A stretch of DNA of 64,000 nt from Planctomycetales bacterium (GTDB lineage Bacteria > 4484-113), in contig JBBIRS010000008.1 in NCBI GenBank assembly GCA_037441675.1, positions 32,366-96,365 on the forward strand. The letters are read 5' to 3'. The position numbers were made by a program, and so were the translations under genes. Shown here one piece after another: positions 43,680 through 53,720 of the stretch (position 1 is its first letter; every line of letters starts with the position of its first letter). Under the pieces are notes generated by a model, which worked only from the letters and a program-made list of their open reading frames with translations, had not been told where the DNA came from and ran no database searches.

Positions 43680-43750
43680 CATAACTTTCCCGTAATGCCA
43701 CAACAGATTATCCAACTTTATATCTTATAGTGATAAACTAAAGAGTTTGG

Positions 43751-46700
43751 ATGATAGAAAAAATCACTGAACATTTTTCTGGGCTAGCAAAGCAATGTCT
43801 ATCCATTGAAAAGGGACCCATCGCGGTTGAAGAGCTAATTGGTTCATCCGTTTACTTTTGGCTTTATGAGCTGGCGAAGCTGTATAAAGGCGTAATATTT
43901 TTTGCAACTGAGAATAATGAAACCGCACAAAACGCTTACGCCTGTTTCTGGACTGTTGCGAACATTCTTGAAACCAAAGGCTTAAGCAGTAAGTTAGACT
44001 CAAATCAGCAAAACTTCACTGATATCACAATCAAAGCCTTGTACTATCCTGATATAGAGCTAACAAATCTATTTGAGGTTAGCGCGCATTATAACGACTT
44101 AAAGGAGCTACAATCAAAGGTACAACAGGAGCTAATGAGTTTGGATAGTGCGGTCGTATTCTTACCATATCGCTCTCTTTTTCGCAGAACACACGGAAGA
44201 AACGCAGTGGAGAACTCATTTATTCGCTTAAAAGCGGTCAAGAGTCAAAATCCCGTAGATGGAAATGCAATTTCAAGGATATCCATTGATGAGCTTTGTG
44301 AAAGGCTAGTAAGCTTCGGTTACAAGAATGAAAGTATAGTGATCGCAAAGGGGGAGTTCGCACGCAGAGGCGGAATAGTGGACATTTACCCTTACGGCAG
44401 TTACTTCCCAGTGCGACTTGACTTCTTCGCTGATGAGATAGAGGAGTTGAAGAGTTTTGACCCGGCAACCCAGAGAAGTGTCCAAACGGTTGAAGAGATA
44501 CTAATTCTACCGAAGTCGCCATTGAACAAACTAGGAGGTAAAGATTGGATAGTAGAGGGAGTTAATGACTTGATGAAAGATTATGAGCGTGAAATGAAAC
44601 TAGCAGTGCCCGATTCCGCTCTCTCTGTATTGAAAAGTACAGTGAATGAAGATCTTCTTTCCATACAAGAAGAGTTGGATAACTTAAGGTTAGATTTTTA
44701 CCTAGAAGCTGTTGGCATAAGAAATGAAACAATAGTAGACTTTGCGCGAAAGCCAGCCGTTATCTTTTATGAGCCATTGCTGATAGAAAATGAAACTGTA
44801 TCCTTCAAGAGATTTTGGGAGGCTAGATTTCATGAATGGAGACAGAACGCTCTGACGTTTACGGATTTCTCCGATTATTATTTACTGCCAGATAAAGCTG
44901 TAACGGAATGGATATATCAAAAAAGGTCTGAGATTGAACTTGAATGGACGAAGAAACACTATCCATCATTTCTTGTTTTTCCCCTTAAGGCTCCCGATGA
45001 TATTAAGCCACCCAAACTCCAAGCCCATTGCAATCATCTATCACTAACCTCATATTCAATCTCCAACGTTGCTAAGACTATTAAAGATGAGGAGGGCAAC
45101 CACATTCTTGTTACTCAATTTGCCCAAAGGATTAAAGATATAGTTTCCGAAAGTGGAGCTACTATCGAAGTATCCCATGGAAGCCTACCCAAAGGGTTCT
45201 CATTATGCCAAAACCGAGAGAAAATAACTCTTGTCACTGATTATGAAATCTTTGGTGAACTTACTGAAACCGTTGGACGTGAACCCAAAATCTGGAGAAA
45301 GGGTGGATTAAAAACTGCTGAACAACTTCGCCCGGGTGATTATGTTGTTCACATTGATTACGGTATTGGCAGATTCGTTGGCTTAACTGAGAAAATGACA
45401 AAGGATGTAAAGCGAGTTTACGTAGAGATTGCATACGCTGATAACGAAAAACTCTTTGTCCCAGTTGACCAGATGGAGAGGCTTAAACTCTATCGCTCCT
45501 CGGGAACTCCGAAATTATCCAGCCTATCACGCTCAACATGGAAAAGAACAATCAATAAGGTGAGGAAGGATGTCTTTAAGTTTGCGCTCAAGCTATTCAA
45601 GCTGTATCGACAGAGAAAAACCGAAGCCGGGTATCGTTTTGAAAGCGGTGGAAGATGGATGGAAGAATTTATACAGGGATTCCCCTATGAGTTAACCCCC
45701 GACCAAAAAGAGGGATGGGAAGCAGTTGAAAGAGACATGGAAAGTTCCAAGGTTATGGATAGACTTATCTGTGGCGAGGTTGGCTATGGCAAGACGGAAA
45801 TTGCCTTGAGGGCAGCCTTCAAGGCGAACATTTCTGGAAAACAGGTATTGATGCTTTGTCCAACGACAATTCTGGCGGAACAGCATTATTCCACATTTGT
45901 AAGAAGATACAAGCCCTTCCCGTTTAGAGTTGAGCTACTTTCACGCTTTCAAAGTGGTAATACGCAGAAAGAGATAATTCGCGCTATCGCTGAAAACAAG
46001 GTGGACGTAGTAATTGCAACTCATCGCGCGCTTTCAAAGGACATTATACTTCCACGACTGGGATTGCTAATTATTGATGAAGAGCAAAGATTCGGTGTGA
46101 AGCAGAAAGAAGAATTGAAACTTAGATATCCTAACATAGATGTGTTGACACTGACCGCAACACCAATTCCAAGAACGCTTAGAATGAGCTTAATTGGACT
46201 TTTAGACATTTCTCTAATTGAGACACCGCCACCAGAAAGAAAACCGGTTAAAACTTATGTGGGTGAGTGGAATGAGCATTTAATTAAGGATGCGATAATA
46301 AAGGAAACTAACCGTGGAGGACAAGTTTACTACTTGCATAACCGAGTTGAAGATATTGGTCGCGTAGCACAATGGCTAAAGGAACTTGTGCCTGGACTAA
46401 AAGTTGGAATTGCTCACGGCAAACTACCAGACAAGATACTTGAGGAGATGATGATTGCCTTTAACCTGGGAGCCTTTGACATTCTTCTCGCAACCACGAT
46501 TATTGAAAATGGGCTAGATATCCCTAGGGTAAATACACTAATCGTTGACTCCGCAGAGCATCTTGGCCTTGCACAGATGCATCAAATTAGGGGAAGGGTT
46601 GGCAGAAGCGCGGTAAGGGCATACGCGTATTTCTTTCATAGTCCACAGAGAGCACTCACGCAGGAAGCCAGGGAACGATTAAGAGCCATCTACAGCTGTG

Positions 46701-47521
46701 CATATCTTGGCGCGGGATATGAGATTGCGCAACAAGATATGTTGATTAGAGGAGCGGGAACGATTCTAGGCACGGAGCAAAGTGGCGCTATTGAGCAAAT
46801 CGGTATGGATTATTACTTTGACCTTCTCCAAAATGCGGTTGAAAGCTTGAAGAAATTCCCCGAAGAATTCATTGACACTGGCAAGATTCCCTGGAGAGAG
46901 GAAGATATGACAGTGCAAGTTGACCTGCCTCTCGCTTGTTTCATCCCGGAAGACTATATCGGAAGCACTCCTTTGAGAATGCACTTTTATCTGAAAATCG
47001 CATCCTCTAAAGATGAAGAGGAGTTGAAACTTGTACGAGAGGAACTTGTGGACAGGTTCGGTAGAGTCCCAGTGGAGGCGGAGAATCTATTTTACATTGC
47101 AAGGCTTAAGTATCTTGCCCTAAAAGCCGAAATAAATCAAATAGCTTACATTCCTGCACAGCAGAAATTAACCCTATCTTTCTTTAATCACTCTTCTTCG
47201 GAAATTGAACAAGACCTGGATGAATCTTTGATAAGGTACAATGAGGATGCGATTAACCATCAACATAGAAAGAAAAGAAACATTCCTACTTATTCGTCCA
47301 AGAGCGAAACTATCAATTTGCGCAAGCCCTCTCAAACGCCTCAGTTATTAAAACATAAGCCCTGGTTAAGAAAACTTGAGATCTTAGATTCCCGTGTGGT
47401 GGAAGTGATGGACGGACGAGTTTCGCTACTTGTTCCATACTCCAAATCGCAACAACTTCGATTCAAGGAAGACGTCCTATCAACTGTAAAGCGAATTATT
47501 GATCTTTCCCAAGGTAATTAA
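43751..47521 (+). CDS. mfd: Transcription-repair coupling factor
   Basis: GEFARRGGIVDI, GDYVVH..YGIG, MDRLICGEVGYGKTE, IDEEQRFGV, TATPIPRTL, QIRGRVGRS, DRFG. Confidence 0.96.
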   Translation: MIEKITEHFSGLAKQCLSIEKGPIAVEELIGSSVYFWLYELAKLYKGVIFFATENNETAQNAYACFWTVANILETKGLSSKLDSNQQNFTDITIKALYYPDIELTNLFEVSAHYNDLKELQSKVQQELMSLDSAVVFLPYRSLFRRTHGRNAVENSFIRLKAVKSQNPVDGNAISRISIDELCERLVSFGYKNESIVIAKGEFARRGGIVDIYPYGSYFPVRLDFFADEIEELKSFDPATQRSVQTVEEILILPKSPLNKLGGKDWIVEGVNDLMKDYEREMKLAVPDSALSVLKSTVNEDLLSIQEELDNLRLDFYLEAVGIRNETIVDFARKPAVIFYEPLLIENETVSFKRFWEARFHEWRQNALTFTDFSDYYLLPDKAVTEWIYQKRSEIELEWTKKHYPSFLVFPLKAPDDIKPPKLQAHCNHLSLTSYSISNVAKTIKDEEGNHILVTQFAQRIKDIVSESGATIEVSHGSLPKGFSLCQNREKITLVTDYEIFGELTETVGREPKIWRKGGLKTAEQLRPGDYVVHIDYGIGRFVGLTEKMTKDVKRVYVEIAYADNEKLFVPVDQMERLKLYRSSGTPKLSSLSRSTWKRTINKVRKDVFKFALKLFKLYRQRKTEAGYRFESGGRWMEEFIQGFPYELTPDQKEGWEAVERDMESSKVMDRLICGEVGYGKTEIALRAAFKANISGKQVLMLCPTTILAEQHYSTFVRRYKPFPFRVELLSRFQSGNTQKEIIRAIAENKVDVVIATHRALSKDIILPRLGLLIIDEEQRFGVKQKEELKLRYPNIDVLTLTATPIPRTLRMSLIGLLDISLIETPPPERKPVKTYVGEWNEHLIKDAIIKETNRGGQVYYLHNRVEDIGRVAQWLKELVPGLKVGIAHGKLPDKILEEMMIAFNLGAFDILLATTIIENGLDIPRVNTLIVDSAEHLGLAQMHQIRGRVGRSAVRAYAYFFHSPQRALTQEARERLRAIYSCAYLGAGYEIAQQDMLIRGAGTILGTEQSGAIEQIGMDYYFDLLQNAVESLKKFPEEFIDTGKIPWREEDMTVQVDLPLACFIPEDYIGSTPLRMHFYLKIASSKDEEELKLVREELVDRFGRVPVEAENLFYIARLKYLALKAEINQIAYIPAQQKLTLSFFNHSSSEIEQDLDESLIRYNEDAINHQHRKKRNIPTYSSKSETINLRKPSQTPQLLKHKPWLRKLEILDSRVVEVMDGRVSLLVPYSKSQQLRFKEDVLSTVKRIIDLSQGN

Positions 47522-47623
47522 AGGATTAAACCCTTCCAATGATTAAGCGTGAAGTCCCAAGGTAAAGCCTAGTTGCCTCCCATTAAGGGCGAGTTGATTT
47601 AATACTGCTAGAATCTTTATTCT

Positions 47624-48742
47624 ATGCGAGTTCCTGCGGTAGACCTTACTCGTCTTCATTCCCAAATAGAGGATGAACTTTTGGCATTGGCTAAAAATGT
47701 CATTGGTTCTGGAAGGTACATTTTAGGGCCAGAGGTAAGAAAACTGGAAAGAAGAATGATGGAGCTGACGCAGACAAAAGCCTGCGTCGCGGTAAACTCT
47801 GGGACTGACGCGCTAACTTTAGCTCTAATGGCTTCTGGCATAGGCAGAGAGTGCGAGGTTATCACAACTCCATTTTCTTTCTTTGCCACAGTTGAAGCGA
47901 TTCTGGCGGTTGGCGCAAAGCCTGTCTTTGTGGATATTGAACCCACTACTTTCTGCATCAACCCCGAGCTACTTGAACGGGCTGTATCTAATCGGACCTC
48001 CGCGATAATTCCTGTCCATATTTATGGCCATCCCGCTAATATGCCGGAGATTATTAAACAGGCAGAAATGCTAAATAACGTGTTTGTGTTGGAAGACTGC
48101 GCGCAGGCACTTGGCGCTAGTATCAATGGTAAACCTGTCGGAAGTTTTGGAGACTTTTCTGCTTTTTCCTTTTATCCCACTAAGAACGTTGGGGCATTAG
48201 GGGATGGGGGGTGCTTTGTCACAAAGTTTGATAACTATGCAGAGGCTGTGAGAAGATTGCGAAACCATGGTCAGTCCTCACGCTACTTTTATGAGAGTAG
48301 AGGGATAAACTCAAGGCTGGACGAAATTCAGGCAGGCTTCCTAAATGTGAAGCTTAGATTCCTAGATGAATGGAATAGGGAGCGCAAAAAACTCGCCCAA
48401 AGTTATACTGCAAGAATAAATCTGGAACTAGGAGATAGAGTTATCTGCCCATCGGAGAAAGAGAATTTCAATCACGTCTATAACCAATACACAATTAGGG
48501 TAAATAAGCGCGTTGAAATATTGAGATATTTACAAGAGAATGGAATTGAAGCAATCGCTCATTATCCGTGTCCGTTACATCTTATCAAGCCTTTAAGATA
48601 CTTGCGTTACAAGGTGGGAGATTTTCCTCAAGCTGAAACTGCTGCGCGGGAGGTAATTTCCCTGCCTATATTTCCCGGACTTACCGAAAATGAACAAGAG
48701 TACGTTGTGGCAAAACTGAAGAACGCTATCAAGGGAGGCTAA
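47624..48742 (+). CDS. DegT/DnrJ/EryC1/StrS family sugar aminotransferase
   Basis: NSGTDAL, PVHIYG, EDCAQA, SFYPTKNVGALGDGG, NSRLDEIQA. Confidence 0.95.
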   Translation: MRVPAVDLTRLHSQIEDELLALAKNVIGSGRYILGPEVRKLERRMMELTQTKACVAVNSGTDALTLALMASGIGRECEVITTPFSFFATVEAILAVGAKPVFVDIEPTTFCINPELLERAVSNRTSAIIPVHIYGHPANMPEIIKQAEMLNNVFVLEDCAQALGASINGKPVGSFGDFSAFSFYPTKNVGALGDGGCFVTKFDNYAEAVRRLRNHGQSSRYFYESRGINSRLDEIQAGFLNVKLRFLDEWNRERKKLAQSYTARINLELGDRVICPSEKENFNHVYNQYTIRVNKRVEILRYLQENGIEAIAHYPCPLHLIKPLRYLRYKVGDFPQAETAAREVISLPIFPGLTENEQEYVVAKLKNAIKGG

Positions 48743-48747
48743 GTAAA

Positions 48748-49764
48748 ATGAAAATAGGCATAATCGGTGCTGGGAGTTTCGGAACAACTCTTGGTCATAT
48801 CTGGTCTCTAGCAGGTCACAATGTCACAATCTGGGCCAGGGAGCCTGAAGTAGAAAGGGGAATTAACGTAGAACATAGGAATCCGCTATACCATTCGGAG
48901 GTGATACTCCATCACGAGCTAAAAGCTACTGCAAACCTTTCAGATTGTTTAACAAATAAGGACATCCTAGTGCTCGCAGTTCCAGCAAAATTCTTAAGAG
49001 CCTTTATCCAATCATTACTTGATGCCTGGGCAAAGGCAAAGCTTCGTAGTGATATTCCGTTAATCTCGGTTGTCAAGGGTTTTCTATTAGATCCAACGGA
49101 GCTCGTCAGCAATCTAATAAACAAATCGCTTAGGTCTGTTGGTGAATTTAAATGGCTTCAATTCGCCGGACCCAACATTTCTTACGAAATAATCCGTGGC
49201 AAGCCATGCGCGAGCGTACTAGCCTGCAACGATATGGTTGTTGCTTCTTCTCTCCAAAGCGAACTTTCAACGCAATCACTGAGAATTTATACAAGCAGGG
49301 ATACGATTGGCGTTGAAACCTGCGGAGCGATCAAGAATGTAATTGCTATTGCCTGCGGAATGGCTAGTGGACTTGGTTTGGGTGATAACGCTAAGGCAGT
49401 CCTGATCACTAGAGGGTTATTAGAACTTAAAAGAATAGTTAAGCTGCTCGGTGGCGAGCCGGAGACCGTTAATGGTTTAAGTGGACTTGGCGATTTAGTT
49501 GTTACAGGGTTTTCCGAAAAGAGTAGGAACTACCAGCTCGGTATCGAGTTAGCCCAAGGCAAAAGCCTACAAGAAATTGAGCAGTTAAGTAGGGAGGTGG
49601 CTGAGGGAGCTAGAACCGTAAAAGCAGTAGTTGATCTTGTTAGTAATTGTCAAAGTGAAGTGGAAATTCCCATAATAAATGAGGTTTATCAGGTTATCTA
49701 CCAAGAGAAGAAGCCAACGGACGCCATTTCCTCATTGATGAGAAGACCCTTTAAGGCAGAATGA
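48748..49764 (+). CDS. gpsA: NAD(P)H-dependent glycerol-3-phosphate dehydrogenase
   Basis: GAGSFGT, GA.KNVIAIACG, GDNAKA.LITRGL, GLSGLGDL, SRN, VAEG. Confidence 0.96.
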   Translation: MKIGIIGAGSFGTTLGHIWSLAGHNVTIWAREPEVERGINVEHRNPLYHSEVILHHELKATANLSDCLTNKDILVLAVPAKFLRAFIQSLLDAWAKAKLRSDIPLISVVKGFLLDPTELVSNLINKSLRSVGEFKWLQFAGPNISYEIIRGKPCASVLACNDMVVASSLQSELSTQSLRIYTSRDTIGVETCGAIKNVIAIACGMASGLGLGDNAKAVLITRGLLELKRIVKLLGGEPETVNGLSGLGDLVVTGFSEKSRNYQLGIELAQGKSLQEIEQLSREVAEGARTVKAVVDLVSNCQSEVEIPIINEVYQVIYQEKKPTDAISSLMRRPFKAE

Positions 49765-49809
49765 AGCGCTTGAGGATGCTTTCATAAAGCTTGATAATCC
49801 TCTCTTGAT

Positions 49810-51651
49810 TTACACGTTTCCCGTTCTTAGCCTATCAGTTACCTTACCCTCGTTTTTGTCAGCTTTAGTTTTAGTTGACGTAGAACCAATCATAGCCCTG
49901 AGCTTTTTCTGGCGGAGAAGAAGCTCTTCAAGCTCTTGCCTTAGCGTAGAAACTTTCGCAGAGTCATTATTCTCGGTTGCCTTAATAAGCTCTCTCTTCT
50001 TCGCGGTAATTTTCTGATTTAGCGCTTCAAGCCTTAAGCTTTTGATTTTCTTTATATGTCCTTCTAAGGAGTAGCCTAAGTTTGAATTACGATTCGCCAC
50101 TATTTGAGAGAAGAACTTTTTTAATGAATCGGAGAGTTTATTTGAGCTTGGAGTGAAGTCCTTCTCCATAATTGCGAGGAAGGCATCCCTGAATATGCCT
50201 TTAGGAAAGTCCTCCGCTCTCAGGTGAACCTGCACCTGCTTAATGTACTCAGGTTTGCCTATGACTAAGGAGAAGAAGGAGGAATAAAGAGAATCCGCCG
50301 GTTTACCTAGTACATCAAGTATCCGTATAGAACGTGATGACACGCGGGATGAATTTGCTAGAGTTTTCGAGCCAACAGCAAGAATATCAGCAACGCTCTT
50401 TTGGGAAAGCTTCAGCGCATCTGCAAGCTCCTTAATAAAAATGGATTGAGTAAGCGGGTCTTTTATGGCATTTGAAATTCGCTTAGCCTCGGAAAAAACT
50501 TTCTTCAAAGTTCTATCGTCTGGCTCTTCAGACTTTGAGAATAAGGAAACAAGAAGTCTTGAGACGTTTGTGGCAACTCCAAAATCTGAAAACTTTTCAA
50601 AGCCTGCCTTTCCACCTTCTTTAACCACATCAGCCGGGTCCTTCCCCTCCTTGAAAAGCAAAATCCTAGGGAAAATCCCTTGATATAGACACAACTCGCC
50701 AGCCCTAAGGGCTGAGTTTATACCCGCACTATCACCATCGTATGCAAGAACTATATTGTCTGTATATCTACTGAGCTCACGCAAATGATCAGTAGTCAAA
50801 GCGGTCCCGCATGTTGCCACGGCGTTAAATATTCCACTTTGATGAAGCATTATCACGTCTATGTAGCCTTCCACGATGAAGACAGAATCAACCTCAGAAA
50901 TAGAATTTCTGGCAAAGTTCATTCCAAATAGAAGTCTGCTTTTGTTGTAAATTGGGGTGTTTGATGTATTGAGGTACTTTGGCTCTTCTTCCGTCAGTGT
51001 TCTTCCGGCGAAGGATACAATTTCACCACGCATATTAAATAAGGGGAAGATAATCCTATTTCTGAAAAAATCTATCGGTTCAGCCGTCCCGCGGGAAGCA
51101 ATGCTTAACCCTAGCTCCTTTAGAACTTCTAATTTGACGTTCTTTTCAAGAAGCATCTTGGTTAAGCCTGCTATATCCTTCGGCGTAACACCAAGACTAA
51201 ACTTTTTTATTATGGAGTCCTTTAGTCCACGACTTCTTAAATAACTTAGGCACCTCTGACCATGTGTCGTTGAGAAAAGCTCGTTAGTATAAAACTTAGC
51301 TGAAAGAGATAGAATCTTCAAGTAGAATTGTCGCTTGGTAATCTTTTCCCTTTGCTTTTCCTCAGAAAACCTTGTGATATCTACGCCATACTTTCTTGCC
51401 AGAAGCTCCACCACATCCCGCATCTCCAGATTTTCAATCTTGGCAATGAATTGAAAAACATTTCCTCCCTCTTTGCATCCGAAGCAGTGCCAAAGCCCCG
51501 TGCGGGCATCAACGTAAAAAGATGGAGCTTTCTCTTGGTGAAAGGGGCAGAGCGCGGTTAGTCGGTTGCCACGCCTTTTCAACCGCAAGTATTCTGAGTA
51601 GAGCGCAGAATAATCTATCCTATTAGCAATCTCTTCAAAAATTGACGCCAT
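49810..51651 (-). CDS. dnaG: DNA primase
   Basis: CPFH..EK.PSF..HCFGC zinc finger, FRNRIIFP, KYLNT, VEGYIDV, YDGDSAG TOPRIM motifs. Confidence 0.97.
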   Translation of the reverse strand: MASIFEEIANRIDYSALYSEYLRLKRRGNRLTALCPFHQEKAPSFYVDARTGLWHCFGCKEGGNVFQFIAKIENLEMRDVVELLARKYGVDITRFSEEKQREKITKRQFYLKILSLSAKFYTNELFSTTHGQRCLSYLRSRGLKDSIIKKFSLGVTPKDIAGLTKMLLEKNVKLEVLKELGLSIASRGTAEPIDFFRNRIIFPLFNMRGEIVSFAGRTLTEEEPKYLNTSNTPIYNKSRLLFGMNFARNSISEVDSVFIVEGYIDVIMLHQSGIFNAVATCGTALTTDHLRELSRYTDNIVLAYDGDSAGINSALRAGELCLYQGIFPRILLFKEGKDPADVVKEGGKAGFEKFSDFGVATNVSRLLVSLFSKSEEPDDRTLKKVFSEAKRISNAIKDPLTQSIFIKELADALKLSQKSVADILAVGSKTLANSSRVSSRSIRILDVLGKPADSLYSSFFSLVIGKPEYIKQVQVHLRAEDFPKGIFRDAFLAIMEKDFTPSSNKLSDSLKKFFSQIVANRNSNLGYSLEGHIKKIKSLRLEALNQKITAKKRELIKATENNDSAKVSTLRQELEELLLRQKKLRAMIGSTSTKTKADKNEGKVTDRLRTGNV

Positions 51652-51926
51652 AATATTTGGATACCTTCGCTAGCATTCAATTAACAGCTTATACTTTCAG
51701 GACACGAGAAACTTTTATACGCTAGTATTCCAACATCAACAGATTATCATATTTATCTTAGCTGAACTAGCAAATCGCATGAATTGTACGAGAATTTTTA
51801 TACGCCAATCTTAAGATAGATTTTACGGTGGAATTCCCCATTCGCCAGGAAAAAGGTAATAATCTTGGCTTAAAATACAAAGAGGGGCATTGGCGATAAG
51901 CATTATTCTTGCGATACCCCACCCGC

Positions 51927-53720
51927 TTAAACCTGACTGCCTTTTTCAGTTGACTCGCTAGTAGGTTTTGAAGTCTCTCGTGCCCTTTCTTCCTCCTCTC
52001 TAGCCTTTTCACCCTTAAATAACGCTTCAATGGGACCCTTAAATGTCATTATATTCTTGTTTGTGTCAATCACAACTTCCTCCGCAAAAAGATACTCTTC
52101 CTCGCCACGATAATAGGTTACCTTCCCCTTCAACGTGAGGAGCTTATCCTTTTCACGATACGTTAGTTCATCGGCAAAAAATGCTTCATTCTCGCTTATC
52201 AATTTAAGGTTTCCCCACTGACGCAGTATTCGTTGATCATAGTCATAGCTCAAGAAATCAGAGGTAGAGGTTATTGACTTTCTCAGGCTTTTCTTTAATT
52301 CCTCGTCCGCACCTTCTTCCACTATGCCACCCTTAATTAACCAATCCCCGTTCTCTTGATAAAACTCAACGTTGGATTGGGCGGTCAACATCTTCCTGCC
52401 ATCATCTATTTGAATTTGAAGAGCTCTCAAATGTTTGTCTGGCTGAGAAAGCTCGCAAGGCTGACTAGGCGTTCCCCTTATGGTTGTGATATTTGTCTCC
52501 TCTCCAGTTTCAACCGACTCAGCTTTCAACAAGCTCTCCTTTTCGGCTAATGCTCTAGCAATATCCTCATCTTCCTTCTCGACAAGCTCGTTTTCAAAAA
52601 GCCAGTCAGTTTTGTGAAGTGTGATGAGAACATTGCCATTCATAGTGTAGGTTTTACTTCTGGGATTATAAAAAAGCCTATCCATAGTGCCTGTGAAGTC
52701 CTCTTGTATGGCTTTTACTTCGCCTTCAACGTTCATCTCCTCCGTTTCCCAATTGTAAGTAAGCTTATTTGCGTAAAGTTCCGTTGGCTGATTCTTAAAT
52801 ATATTGATTACGCGCTGGCGTTTGGGAATATCTTTCCCAGTCGGTTCTTTGCCCTTTTGTTTTTTCTTAAACTGAACAAACCTCTCCGCGGTAAACGACT
52901 TGTTCTTAAACTCGATTCTCACGTAATCCGCGTTAAGTTCATAATTGGGATCCTTCACTAAGACATCATCCTGAAGAGTGATGAGTTCCCTTTCTTCCTC
53001 CATATGAGCAATAGAAGCGGAGGCGGTTATGTCTCTGTAGAAGAGGAGAAGATCACCCTCTATGTCGTAGGATTTCGTTTCAGTGCTTCCGCTTAATCTT
53101 CCACCTGTAACAACTACTCTTGCGTAATCTTCGCTCAGTCCCTCAGCACCCGTCTTAAGAGCTAATGACACCGCTTCCTCAGTGGGAGGCACTTTCGCAA
53201 GGGGCTTAAATATCTCAACTTCTTCCTGCTCTTTTTCCTCTTTCTCCTTCTCTTTCTCTATTGGCTTTTCCACTTTAGGTATTGGTTCTGCTTTTTTCTC
53301 CGGAATAATCTCAGGAGTAATCGTTATCTCTCCAAGAATTCTTGACTCTAAGCGTTTCCACTCCATATAAGAGGGAGATTTCGTTTTACCGCTTCCGATA
53401 AGGAAAGCTTTATCGCCGTCAGGCACTGGTATAATTATCACTTCCGCTATTACTTTCTCTTCTTCCTTCTCAGGCTCAATCAGCCTACCCTCTTCGCCTG
53501 CTTCTTTTATTTCTTCAATCACGGGTGATGCTTCTACATCATCTGCGTCATCAGCCCTTTCGCTCTCATAATTTTTCGCCTTCTTAAAAGAAGTTCGGAC
53601 GTTAATCACATCTTCGCCATAAGACCTAAAAGGGAAAAAAGCGAAGAGAATGAAAATCAAAGAGTAAATCAAGCCCAGCATCAGTGGTAAGTATGAAGGC
53701 TTAACTTGGTACTGTTTCAT
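51927..53720 (-). CDS. Long LptA/OstA-type beta-jellyroll protein
   Basis: N-terminal TM or signal, then repeats LNADYVRIEF, LYANKLTYNWETEEMNVEGEV, FADELTYREKDKLLTLKGKV. Confidence 0.65.
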   Translation of the reverse strand: MKQYQVKPSYLPLMLGLIYSLIFILFAFFPFRSYGEDVINVRTSFKKAKNYESERADDADDVEASPVIEEIKEAGEEGRLIEPEKEEEKVIAEVIIIPVPDGDKAFLIGSGKTKSPSYMEWKRLESRILGEITITPEIIPEKKAEPIPKVEKPIEKEKEKEEKEQEEVEIFKPLAKVPPTEEAVSLALKTGAEGLSEDYARVVVTGGRLSGSTETKSYDIEGDLLLFYRDITASASIAHMEEERELITLQDDVLVKDPNYELNADYVRIEFKNKSFTAERFVQFKKKQKGKEPTGKDIPKRQRVINIFKNQPTELYANKLTYNWETEEMNVEGEVKAIQEDFTGTMDRLFYNPRSKTYTMNGNVLITLHKTDWLFENELVEKEDEDIARALAEKESLLKAESVETGEETNITTIRGTPSQPCELSQPDKHLRALQIQIDDGRKMLTAQSNVEFYQENGDWLIKGGIVEEGADEELKKSLRKSITSTSDFLSYDYDQRILRQWGNLKLISENEAFFADELTYREKDKLLTLKGKVTYYRGEEEYLFAEEVVIDTNKNIMTFKGPIEALFKGEKAREEEERARETSKPTSESTEKGSQV